A stretch of 32,953 nt of DNA. It comes from a virus. Taxonomy: Duplodnaviria > Caudoviricetes. The position numbers were made by a program, and so were the translations under genes. Below the pieces are notes generated by a model. It did no database searches. It was not told where the DNA came from and worked only from the letters and a program-made list of their open reading frames with translations. The stretch lies in the IMG/VR virus record IMGVR_UViG_3300037506_000036, positions 1 to 32,953 of that record. The stretch is one strand, 5' to 3'. This document shows positions 18,106 to 26,333 of the stretch, in pieces. The number at the start of each line of letters is the position of its first letter. The stretch's first letter is position 1.

Positions 18106-21100
18106 GTGAGGACGGTCCCCACCATTCCGTCGGTGCCCCTTCACCCGACGCATGGCCGCCGGGGCGGTGGCGCCCCGCTCACGCTGCGCCAGCAGGTCGA
18201 GGGCTTGCGCACGCAGGCGACGCCCAATGGCCGGACCTCGCTGGCTCCGCTCAAGGTGATCGGCATCGACGCCCCGCCGCCCGGGGTCACGGTCACATCG
18301 ACGCAGGTAATCATTGGCGCGGGCATTTCGGGCACCTTCGAGAACTGGAACGCGGGCGCCAGAACCATCGTGGCGGACACCGCGTTCGATGGCATCGAGA
18401 ATTGCATCGCTGCGGCGATCAGGCTGACGGCCAATGCCGACCTCAACGTCATCAGATACAACTCTCTGATCGGCGCCTATGGCCCGTCACCGGTGGTCTG
18501 CGGCCTGCAAACCGTGCCCTCGGGAACGGGCGTGAGCGCAACGTGCGGCAAGGTTGCGCTGGTAGAATACAACCGGATCGTCGGCCAGCCGTCAGATGCG
18601 GTGCAGCTCGGCGGCGATTCAGCCGGCGACATGATTTTCCAATGGAACTACATCGGCCCGCCGGTCAACGCGCCTGCCGGAACAGCGGAATGGAGTGCCG
18701 CGACCACCTACTCGGTGGGCGAGTATGTGCGGGTCGGCAAGTATGCCTACCAGTCCCTGCAAAACGGCAACCTGAACAACCCGCCGCCGTCCGGGAAGGC
18801 CAGCAATGCCTACTGGCAGAATTACGATCCGCACGCCGACGCGCTCAATCCGCGTCTTGGCATCGGCCGACAGATTTACCGGCGGAACTTCATCGACTAC
18901 GACGCATCCAACGAGGTGTCGGCGATTTCCGCCAGCCGCATCGTGGGCATCAACAATGCGTTTCGTCCGGTACGGAACACCGGCTCCGACCTGGTGCTGG
19001 GAGAAATCGTCTTTGAGAACAACCTGATCCGCCACAATGGCGGGCCGGATGCTGACAGCATCCCGATTCAGATCGCACCGGGCGTTTTCGACAATTTCAA
19101 CGGGCCAATCCGCATCAACAACAACTGGCTGGAGCCCGGGGGTTCCGCCAACACCACCTACTTTCACCTGAGCTCTCATACTTGGGTTGATGAGTGGACG
19201 GGTAACGTGGATGCCAACACCGACGTTGCGGTGCCTGGCCCCACCCTGCGGTCGGCGGCAACGGCGCCTGTCAACACCGTTCTGCCGTCCATTTCCGGCA
19301 CAGCGACCGAAGGCCAGACGCTCACGGCCGCAACGGGCACCTGGACGGGCACGGCCACCGTGTCCTTTACCTACCAATGGCGCCGGAACGGCACGCCCAT
19401 CGGCGGCGCAACCCGCAACACTTACATTCCGGTCGCGGCCGATGTCGGCACCGTGCTTTCGGTGGCTGTGCGGGCGGGCAACGGCGGCGGCACAGCAACA
19501 GCCATTTCGTCCGACACGGCGACGGTAGCCTCGGCCAACCCGAATGTGCCGCCCGCCAATACCGTGTTGCCGGTCATCAGCGGCACGATCACAGAGGGGC
19601 ATATTCTGTCGGTATCCGACGGCACCTGGACGGGCACGCCGGCGCCGACCTTCACCTACCAGTGGCGCCGGGACGGCACCGACATCGACAGTGCCACGTC
19701 AGCGGCCTACCTCCTGGGCGCAGGCGACGTGTCGGCGACGATAACCTGCGCTGTGACAGCGACCAACGCAGCAGGCGTGGCCACGGCCGTTTCTCTCGGT
19801 GTGGGCCCGGTCCTGGCCAGCAAGCGCGTGGTGGTGGTCGCGGACCTGTCGCAGTCGCCCGGCCACTACTGGACCGAGGCGAGCTTTGCCAGCACGGTGG
19901 TGACACCCGAAACGCTGCTGACGGAATCCGATACTTTCATCGGCATGACCCCCGATAGATCGGCCGTCATCACATGGCCGATCACCAACGCCAACGCGGT
20001 GGGCAGCCTCGGCCGGCTGAACGGCGGCGTGGCCAGACTGTCGCGCCTGATACACGACTGGCACGAGGCCGACCTTCTGACCTCTGTTCCGGCCGAGCAA
20101 TCGCTCGAACTGGTCATCGTGCAGCTCACCAAGTCGGGATCGTCGCGGCGCTGGATGATGCAAGACGACAGTCTGTCGGGCCTCGGCGGACGTCCGGCCG
20201 AGGACCCCGGGCAGACGGTCTCGCGCGATTTCACCGATGATCTGGCGGTGATTGCGGCGGCGGAAGCCTATGGGCCCATTGATCTGGTAGTGGAGGACCG
20301 CTTTACGGCGGCCGACAACGCGCTGCTGAAAGACTACCTGCTCAACTTTGCGCCGTTCATGTTGGGCGAGCGGGCAGGGGGGCAGTCGTTCGCGCTTGGC
20401 AGCGTGAACCCCGACAGTTCCCTGACGCAATTCGTCGATTATTGCATGTACGACGTGGCTTCGGGCAGCGTCGGCAGCAAGGGGCGCGGCGCTCTCGCTC
20501 GAACCACATCGCTATCCTATGTCCTTGGCACCAACAACATCAGTCAGGACCTCCGTGACGGTTATGCCGGGTTCTTCAGCGACAGCCGCGTGCAGGTCTT
20601 TGCCGGGCCGCGAACGCACGAGGCGAGCATTCACGCCCACGAGGTGGGCGCCGACCACTCGCTGCGCGATCACGTCTACGGCAACACCAACTCGGCGCTG
20701 CCGACCGCGCTGGCCATCGGCCAGTATCTGGGCCTCAAGGCATCATCTTCCGGCCCGCTTGTGCACTTGCCGATCCTGTCGCACAGCTTCGATCCCGACG
20801 GCGCATACGTCGATCTGACCGTCAGCAACGCACCTCCGGGATCGTTCATTTCGACCATCGCCGCGCAGGACGGCATCGCCGATCTGACAACGGACGATGC
20901 CCAGTCTTACATGGGCTTCATGCTTCAGCGCATCGGGGACGCCGAGGTCAACCGGCAGCCGATCATGAACACTGCTTCGGGGCAGGCTGCGAGCCGCAAG
21001 GGAACCGTCACGCGGCCGTCCGATCTGACGTTGCGCGTGACGTTCACCGAGGCGTTGGTCAATGGCGAGATCGTCTCGCTGGGCAACATTGACGAGAGCA

Positions 21101-21954
21101 TTGAAACATCGCCGGCGCGACCGTCCGGCGTGCCGCAATCGACGTCGCCGCACTACGCTTTCCGGTGGAAGCCGGTCCTTGTCATCCCCGCGCTTCGCAA
21201 CGGCACGGCTACGCACAAGTATCCCGGCATCCCCTTGCCGGTGTGGTCGGCGCAATTCGAGAACCCGCCGCCTCTGCCGCCCGCCGACCCCTCGGTGCTT
21301 GGAACCTACACACAAACGGCCACCCTGTCGCAGCTGGAGAGCTCCTCTTTCACTGTGCCATCAGGCAATGGCGTGCTGTTTGTGTTCCTTGCGTATTCGT
21401 CTTCGATCACGTCCGGGGACGAAACGATTACCCATGCGACGTTTGGCTCCAGCGGCCGCGCCCAAGGCACCGGCACGGCAATGACGCGCATTCTGGATTT
21501 GGACAACCGGACATCCCGGGCCGTCTCGATGGTCTTCGCCCACGAGAACCCCGGCGCCGGGTCCTACACCTTCCAGTATGGCTTGGGAGCCAATGCGTCG
21601 CAGGAAATGCGGATGTGCTTTGTCTGGGTCGCGGATGCGGCCCTGCCGGTCGATCAGGCGGCGGGCGCACCCGGGACGACCGTATCGCCTGTGGCCTTCA
21701 CGCCTACGCCGCTCGTGTCCACATCGCTCTTCTTGTACCACGTCGCGCGCAGCAACGCCTCGCTCGGCGAGTTTACCATCAGCGGCGCGACGAAGCTGGA
21801 CGACGGGAACGGCGGCGGGGCGGGCGCAACCAACACCATTCAGGGCGTGATCGGCTGGGCCAAGCACGCGTCTCTGGCGCAGCAAAGCGTCAGCGTGTCG
21901 TGGTCCGGAGGCAGCGCGAACCGCGCGGGCGCCTACATCGAGGTCACGCGATGA
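18106..21954 (+). CDS. Large modular fibre/spike (beta-helix + CBM-like + 2 Ig-like + esterase-like + lectin-like)
   Basis: Likely GTG start at 18106 after a GGGGG SD; WSAATTYSVGEYV CBM-like motif; two PxNTVLP.ISG...GTWTG..FTYQWRR repeats. Confidence 0.75.
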   Translation: MRTVPTIPSVPLHPTHGRRGGGAPLTLRQQVEGLRTQATPNGRTSLAPLKVIGIDAPPPGVTVTSTQVIIGAGISGTFENWNAGARTIVADTAFDGIENCIAAAIRLTANADLNVIRYNSLIGAYGPSPVVCGLQTVPSGTGVSATCGKVALVEYNRIVGQPSDAVQLGGDSAGDMIFQWNYIGPPVNAPAGTAEWSAATTYSVGEYVRVGKYAYQSLQNGNLNNPPPSGKASNAYWQNYDPHADALNPRLGIGRQIYRRNFIDYDASNEVSAISASRIVGINNAFRPVRNTGSDLVLGEIVFENNLIRHNGGPDADSIPIQIAPGVFDNFNGPIRINNNWLEPGGSANTTYFHLSSHTWVDEWTGNVDANTDVAVPGPTLRSAATAPVNTVLPSISGTATEGQTLTAATGTWTGTATVSFTYQWRRNGTPIGGATRNTYIPVAADVGTVLSVAVRAGNGGGTATAISSDTATVASANPNVPPANTVLPVISGTITEGHILSVSDGTWTGTPAPTFTYQWRRDGTDIDSATSAAYLLGAGDVSATITCAVTATNAAGVATAVSLGVGPVLASKRVVVVADLSQSPGHYWTEASFASTVVTPETLLTESDTFIGMTPDRSAVITWPITNANAVGSLGRLNGGVARLSRLIHDWHEADLLTSVPAEQSLELVIVQLTKSGSSRRWMMQDDSLSGLGGRPAEDPGQTVSRDFTDDLAVIAAAEAYGPIDLVVEDRFTAADNALLKDYLLNFAPFMLGERAGGQSFALGSVNPDSSLTQFVDYCMYDVASGSVGSKGRGALARTTSLSYVLGTNNISQDLRDGYAGFFSDSRVQVFAGPRTHEASIHAHEVGADHSLRDHVYGNTNSALPTALAIGQYLGLKASSSGPLVHLPILSHSFDPDGAYVDLTVSNAPPGSFISTIAAQDGIADLTTDDAQSYMGFMLQRIGDAEVNRQPIMNTASGQAASRKGTVTRPSDLTLRVTFTEALVNGEIVSLGNIDESIETSPARPSGVPQSTSPHYAFRWKPVLVIPALRNGTATHKYPGIPLPVWSAQFENPPPLPPADPSVLGTYTQTATLSQLESSSFTVPSGNGVLFVFLAYSSSITSGDETITHATFGSSGRAQGTGTAMTRILDLDNRTSRAVSMVFAHENPGAGSYTFQYGLGANASQEMRMCFVWVADAALPVDQAAGAPGTTVSPVAFTPTPLVSTSLFLYHVARSNASLGEFTISGATKLDDGNGGGAGATNTIQGVIGWAKHASLAQQSVSVSWSGGSANRAGAYIEVTR
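19264..19815 (+). repeat. Two tandem Ig-like (~95 aa) repeats in the spike gene
   Basis: GGCACCTGGACGGGCACG and ACCTACCA.TGGCGCCGG.ACGGCAC each repeated 285 bp apart. Confidence 0.8.
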
Positions 21955-22029
21955 CGACGTGCAAGGCGGCCCGGCAGTCCGGATCACTGCGCAGGATGAC
22001 CTGTTCCGAACCGAAGCGGGGACTTACGG

Positions 22030-22371
22030 ATGACATCTCGGCAGAACGAGAACCTTGAACGCTCCATCGGGCGCATTGAGGCCACGCTTGAGCATCTGAC
22101 GACGACGCTCAAGCGGGTGGAGGATTCGATGTCCGCGAGCGACAGGACGCGGGAAACCATTCTCGACCGGCTCACGGCGATGGAGAACCACGCCGAGACC
22201 ATGAAGGCCGTGGCGGAGGAATTTGCCACGCTGCGTCAGACGATCCGGGACGGGAAGATGCAGGCGCGGGGAATGCTGATCGGCGTCGGCGTTGTGGCCG
22301 GGGCTGGCGGCGCGACCCTGGCCACGGCGTTCAAATCAGCATGGGCATGGTTCACGGGGGTGGCGCCATGA
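22030..22371 (+). CDS. Coiled-coil protein with C-terminal TM segment (holin/antiholin-like)
   Basis: IGRIEA.LEHL heptads followed by a hydrophobic tail; first gene of the lysis cassette. Confidence 0.65.
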   Translation: MTSRQNENLERSIGRIEATLEHLTTTLKRVEDSMSASDRTRETILDRLTAMENHAETMKAVAEEFATLRQTIRDGKMQARGMLIGVGVVAGAGGATLATAFKSAWAWFTGVAP

Positions 22372-22904
22372 AGGCTTACGATCTGGCGAAGAAGGAAATC
22401 GGCACCGTTGAGTGGAAGGATGGCAGCAACCCCAAGGTTGTAGCCTATTTCAAGGATGCCGGGCACGCCGAGGTGAAGGATGACGCAACGGCATGGTGCG
22501 CAGCCTTCGTCGGCGCCATGCTGCACCGGGCCGGGATGAAGGGCACCGGGTCGCTGGTGGCGCGGTCCTACCTGAAATGGGGTGAGCCGGTGGACCGCAA
22601 GGACGCGCGGCCCGGCGACATTGTGGTCTTCAAGCGCGGCAACTCGACATGGCAGGCCCACGTCGCCTTTTTGGTGGCCGACCACGGCGAGACGCTGGAA
22701 GTCCTTGGGGGAAACCAGTCTGACGCGGTGAACGTCAAGAAGTATCGGGCGCGTGACCTTCTGGGCATACGCAGAACCCCCGGAAAACGCTCCGTGGCGC
22801 CCGCTGCGCCCCCGCAGGCCCCAACACAGACCCCGAAGCCCGAAGGCGTCTGGGCGGCCCTCCTGCGCGCGCTGGCAGCCATCTTCAACCCGAGCAAGAG
22901 GTGA
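22368..22904 (+). CDS. Endolysin, TIGR02594-type NlpC/P60-CHAP amidase
   Basis: DD.TAWCAAFV, ARSYL.WG, GDIVVF.RG, HVAF, LGGNQSDAV motifs; amphipathic C-terminal helix. Confidence 0.88.
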   Translation: MKAYDLAKKEIGTVEWKDGSNPKVVAYFKDAGHAEVKDDATAWCAAFVGAMLHRAGMKGTGSLVARSYLKWGEPVDRKDARPGDIVVFKRGNSTWQAHVAFLVADHGETLEVLGGNQSDAVNVKKYRARDLLGIRRTPGKRSVAPAAPPQAPTQTPKPEGVWAALLRALAAIFNPSKR

Positions 22905-22908
22905 CAAC

Positions 22909-23127
22909 ATGAACTGGACAGCCATTCGCGGCGGCGGCTATGCGGTCGCACTCGCCATCGGCATGGGCATCGTGGCCCTGAACCTGGGCACATTCGACCC
23001 GGCGACCGGCATGGTCGATCCCGAGCCGTTCAACCTTTACGTCGCGGTCGGCGCGATCTGGGCGTTCCTGGGCGCGCCCCTGACGGCGCTCACGGCGCTG
23101 GTGAGGGGTTGGGGGCGGCGAGCATGA
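22909..23127 (+). CDS. Holin-like two-TM protein (72 aa)
   Basis: GAGG SD; two hydrophobic segments and a basic C-terminus. Confidence 0.65.
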   Translation: MNWTAIRGGGYAVALAIGMGIVALNLGTFDPATGMVDPEPFNLYVAVGAIWAFLGAPLTALTALVRGWGRRA

Positions 23128-23561
23128 CGATCATCGCCTACCGCGACGGCGTGATGGCGGCGGATACCGGCGCATGGCGCGGGAATGCGCTGATCCCATG
23201 GGCGCGCAAGGTGGCGCGGGGCCGGGACGGGACGCTCTATGGCGGATCAGGTTCCGCAACGCGCGTCGGCGAGTTTCTTCGCTGGGTGGACGCCGAATCT
23301 GGCGACATGCCGTTGCCGAAGGTAGTCCAGGATGACCGCAGCGACTTCTACATCCTTGCCGCCTACCCGGATGGGAGGGTCGGCATCCTTTCGCACGAAG
23401 GGTGGGGGTGGTTTCACGACGCGCCCTACGTCGCAATCGGGTGCTGCATCGAGGTTTGCCTAGGCGCGATGTTTGCCGGGGCCGACGCGGAAACGGCGGT
23501 CGCTGCTGCGCTGGCCCATGGCAATGGAGCGGGCGGCTCGATTATGGCGGTGCGGCGGTGA
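23124..23561 (+). CDS. HslV/proteasome-beta-like Ntn hydrolase
   Basis: M-T-I-I-A-Y-R-D-G-V-M-A-A-D start, RKV, PYVAIG..., LGAM..GA.AE.AV. Confidence 0.75.
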   Translation: MTIIAYRDGVMAADTGAWRGNALIPWARKVARGRDGTLYGGSGSATRVGEFLRWVDAESGDMPLPKVVQDDRSDFYILAAYPDGRVGILSHEGWGWFHDAPYVAIGCCIEVCLGAMFAGADAETAVAAALAHGNGAGGSIMAVRR

Positions 23562-23639
23562 GCGCTCCCATGAACAACGTTGTCGCGCTTGCCGGGAGCT
23601 CGGCAACCTGCTGAATCTATTCTTCGATGCGGTGAACCA

Positions 23640-23867
23640 ATGATCTCCCTTCTCCCCGACATCTGGCCCTACCTCGCCGGCTTTGCAACGCTGATCGGCG
23701 GTGCGCTGGGGCTCTACCTCAAGGGCCGCAGGGACGGCGCCGCGAAGGTCAGGGCGAAGGCGGACCAAGACCGTATTGTCACCATGAAGGAGGCGCACCG
23801 TGCACGCGCAAAGGCTGAGGCCTTGGACGATGAAGAACTGGCTCGCAGCATCACTCGCAGGCCTTAG
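23640..23867 (+). CDS. Inner-membrane spanin (Rz-like)
   Basis: N-terminal TM segment, then YLKGR.DG and a charged helix. Confidence 0.75.
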   Translation: MISLLPDIWPYLAGFATLIGGALGLYLKGRRDGAAKVRAKADQDRIVTMKEAHRARAKAEALDDEELARSITRRP

Positions 23868-24039
23868 CGCCTGTGCGCCGGTTGTCACCGGAAGCGGAGC
23901 CTTCTGCGACGTGGTGGCGGGGCCGATCCTGCTGCCTGCGGAAGTGGCTCAGGTGGTGGTGCGGGATGCGCGCGAGGCAGCGGTGAGCATCCGGTCGCAG
24001 AACGCATGGGGCGAGAAGAACTGTGACGGGTGGGAGTGA
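23830..24039 (+). CDS. Outer-membrane lipoprotein spanin (Rz1-like)
   Basis: MKNWLAASLAGLSAC lipobox; FC...NC pair; overlaps the i-spanin 3' end. Confidence 0.85.
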   Translation: MKNWLAASLAGLSACAPVVTGSGAFCDVVAGPILLPAEVAQVVVRDAREAAVSIRSQNAWGEKNCDGWE

Positions 24040-24078
24040 ACTAAGTCGGGCCTGGTCGCGCGGAGGTTTGAAAGCAGG

Positions 24079-24342
24079 TCACTTACACCCCCTGCCCAGC
24101 CCGCACCTGCACCACGTCATCATCGGTCCCCAGACCTTCCGACAATGCGGGCAGACCCAGCCTCGCGGGTTCATCGGTTCCGGCCATGCCGTCAGGTCGC
24201 CGTCCTCCAGTTTGTCGTGCTCGGTCGTGCGGTAGATCATCCGTGTCATCGAGACGTATCCGACCGGCACGCGCATCTGCCGCCAGAGAATGTACGGCGC
24301 GTTCTCCGAAGGAACGACCAGGATGCCGGGGGCGTCAGTCAT
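24079..24342 (-). CDS. Hypothetical protein with C-terminal zinc-finger (GWVCPHC...WCRC)
   Basis: GGGAGG SD before ATG 24342; CxxC motif. Confidence 0.6.
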   Translation of the reverse strand: MTDAPGILVVPSENAPYILWRQMRVPVGYVSMTRMIYRTTEHDKLEDGDLTAWPEPMNPRGWVCPHCRKVWGPMMTWCRCGLGRGCK

Positions 24343-24436
24343 CAGCGGGCACCTCCCGGCAGGCGCGGTGCCAGTCCACCACACGTTCGTCGCGCAGTAT
24401 GTGGCGTGCCAGCCGGGATTGTAGTCGCCATCCTTG

Positions 24437-24682
24437 TCACCAGCATGGGGCGGCCTCCAGCACCTGCCGCCCCTTGGGCGTGATCCGCATCGCCCAGTCG
24501 CGCGGCTCGGCGAGGCCCCGCCTGACCAGAGCGAGGATCGTGCCCTGCGTGTGTTCGTGACCGATCTGGCCCCATCCGGCACGGACACGGCCGAGGCTGC
24601 CGCGGCCGAGCGCCCGCAGCGCGGCGCGCTGCGGACCTGTCAGGGATGACCAGGCGGCGGCGGGGTCGGGAACGAGGGTCAT
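24437..24682 (-). CDS. Small winged-helix-like protein
   Basis: LT..QR.AL..L...TILALVRRGLAE....RIT.KGR.VL pattern; ATGA overlap. Confidence 0.6.
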   Translation of the reverse strand: MTLVPDPAAAWSSLTGPQRAALRALGRGSLGRVRAGWGQIGHEHTQGTILALVRRGLAEPRDWAMRITPKGRQVLEAAPCW

Positions 24683-25095
24683 CCGAGCCCCGCCGCCCAG
24701 GCGATGATCTTCCGCGCCAGCGCGGCATCGGCCGCGTTGCGGGTGCCGAGCCAGCGCAGGTGCTTCTCCATCGCCGCAACCAGGTCCTGCGCGCCCCAGA
24801 ACAGAGCGTCGGCGCGGGTTTCGGCGAAGCGGCCCCATTTTGGGCCGATGCCGGTGAACGACCCCGCCTCGGCCGTCTGCCAGCCCCAGCCCCACATCCA
24901 GAGGCCGCCGGCGTCGCGGGCCAGGCTGATCTCGGCGAGGGGCGCGCCGCGCCAGCCCTTCCGCGGGTTCGGCAGGGTGACCTTCTCCACCGCCGTGTCA
25001 GGGGGGAGGCCCGGCCCGTCCGGATCCACCGCCCGGAGGACGGGCGGGGCGTGCATGCGGCGGAGGAGTTCGGGCGGGTCTTGGACCGGGGTCAT
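24679..25095 (-). CDS. Hypothetical protein (138 aa, Trp-rich)
   Basis: GGAGG SD; ATGA overlap with the MTase stop. Confidence 0.65.
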   Translation of the reverse strand: MTPVQDPPELLRRMHAPPVLRAVDPDGPGLPPDTAVEKVTLPNPRKGWRGAPLAEISLARDAGGLWMWGWGWQTAEAGSFTGIGPKWGRFAETRADALFWGAQDLVAAMEKHLRWLGTRNAADAALARKIIAWAAGLG

Positions 25096-26333
25096 GCGCC
25101 ACCTCCCGCATCTAGGCTCAGGCGAGCGTCTATCACGGCGACGTCGAAAGCCTCGATGAACGCCGCGGCGACTTGCGGCACGATTGCATTGCCCGCTCCC
25201 CGCAGGAGGCCCATGCGGCCGGATACCCCATGAGCCAGAGGGAAAATTTCGGGTTCAGTTGGCCTCCATTTTCCATCCCGGCAGCAGAGCCAGTCAGCAT
25301 TTCGCCAGAAGCCGTTAACCGGGCCGGGCCTACCCGCTGCGCCGCCATGTTCAAGGTCATGTTTGGGGCCATCGGGTCGTAATTCTCGCCCCTGTGCGTG
25401 TCCGTCCTTGTTGCCGTCGGCCAGCCCGCGAGGTTCGCCTGCCGAGGAAGCTGGTCCATCCGCGCCGACCCGTCCGCCCTCGGTCGGATGTCCGTGCCGC
25501 TGTCCTTCCAGTCCCGGCTGGTGGTCGTGACCCAGCCCGCCAGCATCACGATGTCGTTCAGGTTCTGCATCCCGTGCCCCTGTGCCTTCTTCGCGGCCAC
25601 GTATTCCTCCGAGTGCGCGGGGAAGCGATCCCGGCTCTGTGCCGTCGGCCAGCCCGCCAGCATCGCCGCTGTCTGGATGTTCAAGCCCCCTTCTCGGCCC
25701 TCCGCGCCCGGCCCGGTTGTGCTGTTCAGGTGCGGCGTGGGCCAGCCTTTCCGCTCCGAACCAAAGCCGCTGCCGGATGTGCGGGGCGCCGATGCCCGCA
25801 GCCGGCAGATCGGCGGCCCCGAGGGCATATCCGCCTCTTTCCACTGTAGCGCGTAGAGCGTAGAGCCAGAGGACGCCATCGCGGCTTGCAACTTGCTCAC
25901 CAAAAATCGCTGGAGGTCGGCACTCCTGCCAGAGACGGAGAAACTCGGGCAAGAGGTGGCGATCATCGCCCTGCCATTCGTCGCCGCAATCGAGACATAC
26001 CCATCGGGCTGTTGCGACAGGATGCGCGAGACAGCTCTTCCCGCCGCAGCCAGGACATTCGCTGCCTTTGCCGGCGGCGCTGAACGGCGGGCAGGGACAG
26101 CTTCCGGTCCAGACGGGCCTGTCGTCAGGCCACCCGGCCAGTCGCAGGGCCGCGCTCCATCCGCCGATCCCGGCGAAAAAGTGGCACTGGGCATATCCCA
26201 GAAGGTCATCTGCCGCGACATCCGCGATGCTCCTTTCGTCTACATCGCCCGGTGCGATGTGACCGTCCGCGATAAGTTCACGCAGCCACGCGGCCGCCCC
26301 AGGGTCGTTCTCGTTGTAGTAGGCGTCAGCCAC
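25092..26333 (-). CDS. C5 cytosine DNA methyltransferase, alpha (catalytic) polypeptide
   Basis: Motif I FFAGIGG, IV GSCPCPPFS, VI FGEQV, VIII PHIRQRLWF, X LRGAGNAIVPQVA; no motif IX in this frame. Confidence 0.9.
   Translation of the reverse strand: MADAYYNENDPGAAAWLRELIADGHIAPGDVDERSIADVAADDLLGYAQCHFFAGIGGWSAALRLAGWPDDRPVWTGSCPCPPFSAAGKGSECPGCGGKSCLAHPVATARWVCLDCGDEWQGDDRHLLPEFLRLWQECRPPAIFGEQVASRDGVLWLYALRATVERGGYALGAADLPAAGIGAPHIRQRLWFGAERLAHAAPEQHNRAGRGGPRRGLEHPDSGDAGGLADGTEPGSLPRALGGIRGREEGTGARDAEPERHRDAGGLGHDHQPGLEGQRHGHPTEGGRVGADGPASSAGEPRGLADGNKDGHAQGRELRPDGPKHDLEHGGAAGRPGPVNGFWRNADWLCCRDGKWRPTEPEIFPLAHGVSGRMGLLRGAGNAIVPQVAAAFIEAFDVAVIDARLSLDAGGGA
25133..26221 (-). CDS. C5-MTase beta polypeptide (nested +1 frame; TRD-like repeats and motif IX)
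   Basis: AAGGAG SD 8 nt before ATG; 362 aa open frame; four GWPT-type modules; QLNPKFSLWLMGYPAAW motif IX. Confidence 0.8.
   Translation of the reverse strand: MSRQMTFWDMPSATFSPGSADGARPCDWPGGLTTGPSGPEAVPARRSAPPAKAANVLAAAGRAVSRILSQQPDGYVSIAATNGRAMIATSCPSFSVSGRSADLQRFLVSKLQAAMASSGSTLYALQWKEADMPSGPPICRLRASAPRTSGSGFGSERKGWPTPHLNSTTGPGAEGREGGLNIQTAAMLAGWPTAQSRDRFPAHSEEYVAAKKAQGHGMQNLNDIVMLAGWVTTTSRDWKDSGTDIRPRADGSARMDQLPRQANLAGWPTATRTDTHRGENYDPMAPNMTLNMAAQRVGPARLTASGEMLTGSAAGMENGGQLNPKFSLWLMGYPAAWASCGERAMQSCRKSPRRSSRLSTSP

Noticed and set aside
16111-21954. Diversity-generating retroelement, as in BPP-1
   Set aside because: No reverse transcriptase or Avd gene, and I saw no TR/VR pair differing at adenines in this window.
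21959-21995. GTGCAAGGC as a sixth late promoter before the lysis genes
   Set aside because: It lacks the TTG core and a -10 element at 17-bp spacing.
24342-24446. 34-aa minus-strand ORF as a confident gene
   Set aside because: It is short with no motif, and another frame looks equally protein-like, so it is probably a remnant or bridge.
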